Of a stretch of DNA of 40,248 nt, positions 34,801 to 40,248 are shown piece after piece (positions within the stretch are counted from its first letter, which is position 1; the number at the start of each line of letters is the position of its first letter). The DNA is taken from the IMG/VR virus record IMGVR_UViG_3300002098_000013; one strand, written 5' to 3'. The translations under genes and the position numbers were made by a program. The notes under the pieces are model-generated. The model did not search any database, was not told where the DNA came from, and was given only the letters and a program-made list of their open reading frames with translations. The DNA comes from a virus.

Positions 34801-35018
34801 CGCTCACGGCCTGTAACGCTGAGCGAAGGATCAAGGCTGAGGGCTTCCCGCTCAATCTCCGAGCCATAGCGGCCTTGTGGGAGTGCGGGCGAAGCAGCAC
34901 GGAGCTTCGTCTGCGCTGCCCCAGAAGCCGGAGCGGCGAAGGGGTCGTAGCTGACCGGCACACCCCGAGACGCCCGTGCGGGCGCCGCGAATGGGTCGTA
35001 GCTGACCGGGGTGGGCAC
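31821..35018 (-). CDS. Large internal virion/ejection protein with N-terminal M15-type peptidase module
   Basis: 1065 aa. DSAHLTDNARDF...HSTAPHLHIE resembles the His/Asp...His zinc ligands of the M15 (VanY / D-Ala-D-Ala carboxypeptidase) family. Four (V/A)(S/H)YDPFAAPA motifs flank it. Its size and position match podovirus ejection proteins. Confidence 0.65.
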   Translation of the reverse strand: MPTPVSYDPFAAPARASRGVPVSYDPFAAPASGAAQTKLRAASPALPQGRYGSEIEREALSLDPSLSVTGRERTAARNAQVGGVPDSAHLTDNARDFSVAPGETLEQARVRLEKTFGPRGYKVLAEGTGAAHSTAPHLHIEATPSAQDFGTPVSYDPFAAPAKPSRGTPVAHDPFAAPAEPGWLDTAKSAVKNIPADVVGIVKGVGSAAAHPMDALLGAASVAQGAADTFDDWVAPGRKRTMFGMPESPGVQKRNAEAARAVIDPYTSISKFKKQLAEHPVGTALNLAPLAGVGGKLLRGASRAGEAGEAAKAALPAEVRGRHIVEDQVNQMRNAALRAHHKLEPLYKAFQGDETGTLRDTVAHLQRDATPEASGAGAAAASRIGPNRAAASDTLRGVLDQTGKHLNEITGTPLRKGYYPGAYLDAGKEGSVAGVARGGSRSQYKRKSYETQAEAVADGRVPKFEHPVEAVSNYVERTYRNLGLRAAIKALEEEGIAKEVSLTRKGQAMVPKGWREIVPADARSGAYATHDEPTDMIHFRPGKALIAPEPVANKINGLVAQGFEGSTSPATRRAYAVGQKISDATKMLKFAGSSLAHGANTLSIGVTDRMMSGVNALLRYKGWANAKDAPASFARNALPWRGGAAMRDRIVAGPEHMDEIDRAFEAAGGRVGATPDYDLGKSPGVAGPLARGAAGEPWAGKVKGAFNALADETKRAYARELRERGPALGTAKFTIGQLNAVLRDANALVFEKAIPLDKMALYRMRMEAWRSANPGASLDALHAQARKSVTAVDDMLGEIPLEKLMDSRRSQQLARMLLLAPSWVVGNLRAAGKGVAEISGAHGWKEGGLRGVARESLPGRLVHGEGMGEHTQALATLMASRYIEGELIAQLFHHLGKGAPPQTARDLERPQTGGKNGYGAPERARFVSAGNDAAIDWRTWEKVMAGDPTAPTVGGYTFSKLNVVPSASLSLMAGRDLGDPTPNAPLAGRTGEYLKGHFSPIPTEGAGRLNKSSAIPGWATLLGISQAGEADSDPDAAKAMAAKREAAAAKAKARSDAAKAARMAN

Positions 35019-35020
35019 GA

Positions 35021-36187
35021 TCAGTCAAGCCGGAGATAGGGGTGGGTCTTCTTGTCCGGCCCCGTGTTGGGTTTATACCAGTGACCGTCGGGGGCTTTCT
35101 TCCCGCCCTGCGCTGCGAAGTTCTGCCCCCCTGCGGGGGCCGGAGCCTGCCCGCCGCCAGCCGGGGAGCCGTCGCCCATAATGCTGTCGGCCTCGTCGCC
35201 GACGCCGCCCACCTGCGCGTCCGACTTGAACGAGCCGAGAAGCGCCGACGTAACCTTGGCCTTCGCCGCGATCAGCGCGTTGCGCTCGGCGCCCTTGGCG
35301 CGCGCGATCTCGCGGTCCAGCGCGGCGGCGGCGGCGGTGTTCGCGCGATCCTGCATCGCCGTGTCGTGGCCTTTCGCGGCGGTGGCGCGCTCAGCGATGC
35401 CCGCGTAGCCTTCGTCGATCCTGCCTTGGGCCAGAGCGTCCATCCGCCCGAAGTGCGCCTCGTCTATCTGGTTCTTCTCTTCGCGGGTGCTGGCGTTCTG
35501 CCGGGCGATCTGCCAACGCTGTTCTTCCGACGCGATGCGCTGCTGCAGCGCCTGCTGCTTGACCTGTAGGTTCAGCATCCCCATCTGCGCGGTCATCGCC
35601 GCCTTGGTCAGCGGCGCCACCCCCTTGATGTCGTCGATCTGCTGCCGCACCGCAGCCATCAGCGTCGTGTTGCTGATCCCCGGGTTGGCGGCCTTCGTGC
35701 TTCGGATCAGATACCCCAAGCTCTGCTGGCCTGCCTTAACCGGGTCGTCCATGCCCGCAGCGTCAGGCTGCGCGGTGCTGGACAGGTTGGGGTCGGGATG
35801 CGCCTGCGCTGGTTGCGGCTGCTGCTGCTGCTGCTGCGCCGGCCCCCCGGGCATGGGAGCGCCTTGCACGGGAGCGCCCAGCCCTTGTGGGCTGAACGCC
35901 TGCGCGAACGACGCGCCTGCGGGCACCGGCCCGGTCGGAACCTGCGGTGGCTGGCCCGGGGAGGACTGCGCCGCCCCGCCGCCAGTCAAAGCGGCAAGGC
36001 CGGCGGCCACCTGCGGCGGGAGGCCCGTCGGAGCAGCCGGCTGCGGGTCGCCCCCCTGATCGGCCATCGCGGTGTTGACGGTCGCGCCAGCGGCCTTCCT
36101 CGCCTGCATCTGCGCGATCATCTCGCCAAGGCTACTGAGGCCGGGGCGAAGATTGTCCGCGAAAGACTGAAGGGTTCCTAGTGGCAT
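35021..36187 (-). CDS. Internal virion/ejection protein (low complexity)
   Basis: 388 aa. The first half is P/Q/A/G-rich and includes a Q6 run. The second half is helical and A/Q/R/E-rich. It lies between other ejection-type genes. Confidence 0.55.
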   Translation of the reverse strand: MPLGTLQSFADNLRPGLSSLGEMIAQMQARKAAGATVNTAMADQGGDPQPAAPTGLPPQVAAGLAALTGGGAAQSSPGQPPQVPTGPVPAGASFAQAFSPQGLGAPVQGAPMPGGPAQQQQQQPQPAQAHPDPNLSSTAQPDAAGMDDPVKAGQQSLGYLIRSTKAANPGISNTTLMAAVRQQIDDIKGVAPLTKAAMTAQMGMLNLQVKQQALQQRIASEEQRWQIARQNASTREEKNQIDEAHFGRMDALAQGRIDEGYAGIAERATAAKGHDTAMQDRANTAAAAALDREIARAKGAERNALIAAKAKVTSALLGSFKSDAQVGGVGDEADSIMGDGSPAGGGQAPAPAGGQNFAAQGGKKAPDGHWYKPNTGPDKKTHPYLRLD

Positions 36188-36196
36188 GGCGTTACC

Positions 36197-37015
36197 TCAC
36201 AAAGCCGCGAACGCGGCATAATCCCCCGCCGCCGTGCCTGCGTCACTGAGAAGCGAACCGAGGCCGCCGAGCAAGCCACCGGACGAATTGTTGATCTTCG
36301 TCGCCTGATCCTGCAACTGCGTCGCGTTCTGGCCGATGCTCATGTACGTGCCGTATCCGCCGACGTCCGTGGCGAGCGGCGCCGACGCCTGGCCCATGCC
36401 GCTGACGAGATTGGACAGCGCGCTCATAATCGCGGACTGGTTGGCGTTGGACTGCTGCGCGGGCGCGGCGGCGCTGTTGGCCATCTGGGTCGCGCCCGAA
36501 GACGCGAGGCTGTTGCTGCTGCCGAACAGCGACGCCAGCGCGGCGATCGCCTGCTGCTGCTTCGACGCCTGACCCGCCTGCCAGTTCGTGTTGAAGTTCG
36601 CCGTGGCGTCGCCCTGCATCCCGGCGGCGAATGGCGATCCGGCCACTCCCGCCTGCGACGAGGCGATCGACTGCGCGTCCTGCGCGCTCTTGAGCTGGTT
36701 GTTGTACATCGCGGAGGTCGGATCGAAGCCGCTGGCGATGATCGACGGGGCCATGCCGTTCAGCGTCGAGGCGTTGTTCATGCTCGTCTGGCCCGCACCG
36801 TAGCCCGCAGCGGAAGCGGCGTTGACGCCAGTCTGCGCTGGCGCGGCATAAGGGTTGTTCGCCACCGCGTTGTAGGTGTTGTTGAACCCGGTATTGGCGG
36901 TGTCGTAGGTGCCTTGGTTGCCAGCCGTGAGGTTGTTCAGCGTCGAGGTGTAAGACGCATCGGCGCCGGCCTGGTTGGCCGGGGTGTATGCCATTGGTGC
37001 CGACGATCCGCCCAT
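36197..37015 (-). CDS. Internal virion/ejection protein (N/Q/A/S/G-rich)
   Basis: 272 aa from the ATG at 37015 (MGGSSAPMAYTPANQAG...). The upstream part of the track ORF overlaps the GNAT gene. Confidence 0.55.
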   Translation of the reverse strand: MGGSSAPMAYTPANQAGADASYTSTLNNLTAGNQGTYDTANTGFNNTYNAVANNPYAAPAQTGVNAASAAGYGAGQTSMNNASTLNGMAPSIIASGFDPTSAMYNNQLKSAQDAQSIASSQAGVAGSPFAAGMQGDATANFNTNWQAGQASKQQQAIAALASLFGSSNSLASSGATQMANSAAAPAQQSNANQSAIMSALSNLVSGMGQASAPLATDVGGYGTYMSIGQNATQLQDQATKINNSSGGLLGGLGSLLSDAGTAAGDYAAFAAL

Positions 37016-37022
37016 CTTTGCC

Positions 37023-37508
37023 TCACAGAAGTTTGCAGTAAAGGTTCTCGAAGTGCTTGTAGCCCAAGACAGAGAGCAAGTCACCTACGGTGTGCTTGCC
37101 GCCGATCGGGGCCAGTTTCGTGTGGTATATGACCTTCACGACGCCCATCGGCTTGAGCAGCGCCTCGGTGCCCTTGACCAGTCGCACGCCCGCTGTACCG
37201 CGCTGTTCCGGGTCGACGTAGATGACATCGTTCACCGCGTGCAGCGTCGAACGGTAGTGGATGTGCGGGTGGACGCACATAGAGTTGTAACCGATCAGCC
37301 TGCCGTCCCTGCGCAGCGCGGCGGTCCAGAGTATCTTGTCGCGCTCAAGCTGGCGGGCGCGATCCCAATCCGGGTCGAGGGGGATGCGCTCGCGGTCCAT
37401 CGCCACTTCCTGCCAGTGCTTGAACAGCAGTTCCTCGACGCCCTCGTCGAGCAGCCTGCCTATCGGCTCCCAAGCGAGCGAGAGAGTCATGCGCGGGCTT
37501 AAGCCCAC
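37023..37508 (-). CDS. GNAT-family N-acetyltransferase
   Basis: 161 aa (or 155 aa from ATG 37490). RLIGYNSMCV...AVNDVIYVDPEQRGTAGVRLVKGTEALLKPMG fits GNAT motif A (V..(Q/R)xxGxG/A). Confidence 0.6.
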   Translation of the reverse strand: MGLSPRMTLSLAWEPIGRLLDEGVEELLFKHWQEVAMDRERIPLDPDWDRARQLERDKILWTAALRRDGRLIGYNSMCVHPHIHYRSTLHAVNDVIYVDPEQRGTAGVRLVKGTEALLKPMGVVKVIYHTKLAPIGGKHTVGDLLSVLGYKHFENLYCKLL

Positions 37509-37801
37509 ACCCCCAACACGGCCTGCCCGTTAACCGCATCGACGGTCACGCTAGCGGGCAACGCCATGGTATCCGACACAGACGGGTCATTGATCGAGAG
37601 ATAGAAACATCCCGCAACACCCTTCGCCGGGGTCGTCGCGGTGCTGCCATCGGGGGCCGTAAAGGTCTGCTCGGGCACGGCAGGCAGTGGCCCCAGCGCG
37701 TTGGGGTAAACCATCACCGGCACGTTGCCCACCACCTTAATAAGCATGGCGGCGAGCGAGGCTTCGGATTGCGAGGAAAGATAGATAACGGCCATTGTCA
37801 A
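37499..37801 (-). CDS. Hypothetical protein
   Basis: 100-aa ORF, ATGA-coupled to the upstream gene. No motif was recognised. Confidence 0.5.
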   Translation of the reverse strand: MTMAVIYLSSQSEASLAAMLIKVVGNVPVMVYPNALGPLPAVPEQTFTAPDGSTATTPAKGVAGCFYLSINDPSVSDTMALPASVTVDAVNGQAVLGVWA

Positions 37802-39018
37802 AATCCTTGCAGTTTGGGGCCGACATATTGCGCAGCATAAAGTGCCTGTGTTTGCAGGTGGCCAAACAGCGAGTTAGCCCCGCTGCCCGACTGGCCCATC
37901 TGGATCGCGGTCGAGTTGTTAAACCCGCCAGAGTAACTGGCGTTCGTCACAGGCGTTGCCCGATTGAGCGAGACAGCCAGACCCGCAGGCCCCCAGCTGA
38001 CGGAGGCCTTGAACACGACGCCGGGCGTGACAGTGCCCACGCTGGTTGCCGTATTGGTTCCATCAGTGATGGCGACATTGCCGCCACTGGTGACATAGGC
38101 GAGGTATTTACCCGCAGCGGTAGAAGCCAGCACCTGCGTAAGCCCCGTGCCTTCCACGCTGGCCGTGATGACCATTGTGCCCTGCGTGCCGATGCTAGGG
38201 GCGGTGAGGTAAAGTATATCGACCGCGCGGGTGGCCGCCGCGCTTGTAGTGGTGATTGGGGTGGTCGAAAACGCTCCGGCCTCGCATTGGTAATTCCAGA
38301 AGTATATATACTGCCCGGTGCCGGTGTAAGCCGCGCCCCCCGCGCGCGAGGCCGTGTTGGTGTTGTTCGTGAAAAGCAGGCTCATCGGGGCAGTGCCCCC
38401 GGTCACGGTCGTCGCAACGAGGGTGATATAGTACCAGCCGCCGCCTAGTGAGGCTATGTAGGGAGTGCAGCCAGATGAAAGACCTACGGCCCCGGTGGTC
38501 AGATTGAAGTTGGCCCACGCGGTGCTGGGTACGTTTCCGGTCATCTGTATCCACGAGGCTGTGCCCGCCTTGACCACAAATCCATGGGCATACTGTGTTG
38601 TCGCAGCAACGGTCAGGCCGTTGCTGATGTAGTGGTAGTTGAGGCTAGTGTCCTCTGCCACCTTCCACCCGGACAGATTGCCGTCAGGCCCTGTGGTCTG
38701 TGCCGAGGTCACCGTAGCCGCAATTTTTGACCATGCCGCGTTGTTGGACGGGTCTTGCGAGTAGGGGGCTACGTTCGTCGCCTGCCCCTCGACCAGAAAA
38801 CCCATCGGCGTTCCGATGCTGGTGGGCGAATAGTCGAAGCGGGGGGCGTTGTTTGCCGCAGACGCTAGATTACCCGCCGCATTGGTATAGGACGCGCTAG
38901 ACGCCCGCGAGAAGGTAATGCGCGGATCAAGCGTCGTGCTGGTCAGGAAGTTGAGCGAGAGGGACGCCAGCGGGCCGCCGGCGGACCTACGGTTATGCCG
39001 CCCGAGCCCCCGGCGCAT
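37798..39018 (-). CDS. Second receptor-binding/tail-fibre-like protein (lectin/LamG-like, from memory)
   Basis: 406 aa. LSLNFLTSTTLDPRITFSRASSASYTNAAGNLASAANNAPRFDYSPTS...GFLVEGQATNVAPYSQD...WSK resembles the conserved N-terminal region of many alphaproteobacterial phage/prophage tail proteins. The rest is T/S/G/A-rich beta-type sequence. Confidence 0.55.
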   Translation of the reverse strand: MRRGLGRHNRRSAGGPLASLSLNFLTSTTLDPRITFSRASSASYTNAAGNLASAANNAPRFDYSPTSIGTPMGFLVEGQATNVAPYSQDPSNNAAWSKIAATVTSAQTTGPDGNLSGWKVAEDTSLNYHYISNGLTVAATTQYAHGFVVKAGTASWIQMTGNVPSTAWANFNLTTGAVGLSSGCTPYIASLGGGWYYITLVATTVTGGTAPMSLLFTNNTNTASRAGGAAYTGTGQYIYFWNYQCEAGAFSTTPITTTSAAATRAVDILYLTAPSIGTQGTMVITASVEGTGLTQVLASTAAGKYLAYVTSGGNVAITDGTNTATSVGTVTPGVVFKASVSWGPAGLAVSLNRATPVTNASYSGGFNNSTAIQMGQSGSGANSLFGHLQTQALYAAQYVGPKLQGF

Positions 39019-39019
39019 T

Positions 39020-39325
39020 TCAGACCCCCGCGCCGACCGATAGGATCAGCTCGCCGCCTGCGGTCTCTGCAATATACGCCAGCGTCCCGCCCGGTTGCGG
39101 AACGGCGAATACCTGTGTGGTCCCCGGAGCGACGGCGATCACGCCTGCCGTCCACGTCCCCCCCGTGGGGACCGCGACAGCCGCCCCCCATGCGAGGTAG
39201 ACGGTGTTCGTCCCGCCGTTGTAGACCTGCATCGCGCCGCCCCCGCCGGGCACACTGGTCGTCTGCGAAGACGTGGTCGATGTTAGAACGACGGTGCTTG
39301 AAGGCGCAAAAGATTCAAAGGCCAT
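39020..39325 (-). CDS. Small beta-rich hypothetical protein (tail module)
   Basis: 101-aa ORF, T/G/A/V-rich. Its stop is 1 nt from the next start. Confidence 0.5.
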   Translation of the reverse strand: MAFESFAPSSTVVLTSTTSSQTTSVPGGGGAMQVYNGGTNTVYLAWGAAVAVPTGGTWTAGVIAVAPGTTQVFAVPQPGGTLAYIAETAGGELILSVGAGV

Positions 39326-39827
39326 TGGGGTCTCCTGCGGCTAGTGCCAGTTCCAGAACGAGTTGGTGCGCCGAGTTGGGCGCGTTGAAGTTGCTGCGCG
39401 ATGACGGCGCACGAAGGTCAACAGCGGTGGCCACCCACGGTAGGGGGGCGATCGCCTCGTTGCCCGAGTAAATCCGGAACCCCGGCGCGGGTGCGAGCAG
39501 AGCCTCGACCCGCATCAGACCCTCGATCACCTCCTCTCGACCCCATGCCTCGTACCCGTCCGGGTCAAAGGCGACGATGTAAGCGTTCAACAGCTCGGGC
39601 GCGCTGGGAAGTTCTGCCAAGCGACGCTCGACCCGCTGCAAAAACGCCTGCGCGCTAGTCCACGCCTCAAGGGTTTCCGACCGCTCCTTGTCGCGCAGCA
39701 GGTCGAGATACCGAACCCCGGTGTGCCGGGAGTTCGTGCTCTCGACCAGTGCGCGCTTATGCTTCCCAACATAGGAAGCAAACAGGTTGGCGAGATCGTA
39801 AAACCCAACCGGCGTGAAGGCGCTCAC
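39315..39827 (-). CDS. Hypothetical protein (tail module)
   Basis: 170-aa ORF. The GTG start overlaps the upstream stop (GTGA). Confidence 0.5.
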   Translation of the reverse strand: MSAFTPVGFYDLANLFASYVGKHKRALVESTNSRHTGVRYLDLLRDKERSETLEAWTSAQAFLQRVERRLAELPSAPELLNAYIVAFDPDGYEAWGREEVIEGLMRVEALLAPAPGFRIYSGNEAIAPLPWVATAVDLRAPSSRSNFNAPNSAHQLVLELALAAGDPNGL

Positions 39828-39985
39828 GCAACCCGGCCCCCGGGCACCTGAACCTTCGGCGCCGGATCGGTGCGGCCGATTTCGCCAGCGCCCATCTTGG
39901 TTGCCATCTTGTCGATGGCGTAGCCGCTGGGGGCTTTGGGGCTGTTGGTGGTCACGCCCGCGAGCATCCCTGAACTCTTCTTCAT
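39824..39985 (-). CDS. Small hypothetical protein (53 aa, below track cutoff)
   Basis: Translated by hand: MKKSSGMLAGVTTNSPKAPSGYAIDKMATKMGAGEIGRTDPAPKVQVPGGRVA. The ATG is 1 nt after the upstream stop, and its stop overlaps the next start. Confidence 0.45.
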   Translation of the reverse strand: MKKSSGMLAGVTTNSPKAPSGYAIDKMATKMGAGEIGRTDPAPKVQVPGGRVA

Positions 39986-39986
39986 G

Positions 39987-40205
39987 TCAGTGTCCCTTCG
40001 GCGTGAAATGGGCCGCCCAACCTATGAACGACCAGAGGGCCGCCAACCCGGCGGCGATGGCTGAGATTACCTTGACCACCCTTAGCAGGCCCGTGGCCAA
40101 GCGCCAAGCCTCGACGAGATCGTGGACCCCGTCGCGGAGCTCCGTGACCTCGGTGCGCAGCGCCGCGACCTCGGCTTCGAGAGCGGGCAGCCCCCTCGGC
40201 GTCAC
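39987..40205 (-). CDS. Small membrane protein (coiled-coil N-terminus, C-terminal TM helix)
   Basis: 72 aa. The GTG start overlaps the tail-fibre stop across the circular junction (40202-40205 = 55-58). VVKVISAIAAGLAALWSFIGWAA is a predicted TM helix. Confidence 0.5.
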   Translation of the reverse strand: MTPRGLPALEAEVAALRTEVTELRDGVHDLVEAWRLATGLLRVVKVISAIAAGLAALWSFIGWAAHFTPKGH

Positions 40206-40248
40206 AGGTTGTCCTCCCAGCCGAGGCAGTAGAGATATGCTACTGAAT
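40148..40248. repeat. Terminal direct repeat, copy 2 (identical to 1-101)
   Basis: Read directly. See copy 1. Confidence 0.9.

Noticed and set aside
35818-35838. (GCT)6 / (CAG)6 microsatellite encoding a Q6 run in the 388-aa ejection protein.
   Set aside because: It is short and sits in an already low-complexity P/Q/A-rich region. Nothing suggests a function beyond composition.

Overview
This window looks like a complete, visibly GC-rich dsDNA phage genome. Bases 1-101 are repeated exactly at 40148-40248, which leaves 40147 bp of unique, circular or circularly permuted sequence. Gene content and order suggest a podovirus-like, apparently strictly lytic phage of a Gram-negative host that relies on host RNA polymerase. 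I found no integrase, repressor switch, phage RNAP, tRNA or CRISPR array.

Two transcription arms diverge from a ~640-bp control region (13868-14504) and converge with overlapping stop codons at 30171-30178.

The plus-strand early arm (14505-30178) starts with small proteins of unknown function. These include a GGTIx beta-helix repeat protein and an Ala/Trp/Arg 4-residue-repeat protein. The replication module follows:
- RuvC-like resolvase
- cytosine-5 methyltransferase
- SNF2 helicase
- Cas4-like PD-(D/E)XK nuclease
- DUF2815-like protein
- family A DNA polymerase
- prim-pol/helicase
- HNH endonuclease

The minus-strand late arm runs 13867 down to 55, then wraps to 40205 down to 30171. In transcription order it carries:
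- a lysis cassette (holin-like protein, lipoprotein, TM repeat protein, GH24 endolysin)
- a KTSC protein and the large terminase
- portal, scaffold and major capsid protein
- two tail-tube-like proteins and a tail fibre
- small ORFs and a second receptor-binding-like protein
- a GNAT acetyltransferase
- low-complexity ejection proteins
- a 1065-aa ejection protein with an M15 peptidase module
- a PurD-like ATP-grasp enzyme

Most worth a second look:
1. The methyltransferase locus (19312-20436), where two overlapping reading frames both carry family-like motifs.
2. The ATP-grasp, GNAT and M15 enzymes embedded in the virion/ejection module.
3. The repeat-rich early proteins.
4. The 3 x 26-bp tandem repeat at 17131-17208.
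5. The AT-rich palindrome, GC hairpin and direct repeats in the divergent control region.

All family assignments come from motif recognition by eye. No database search was run.
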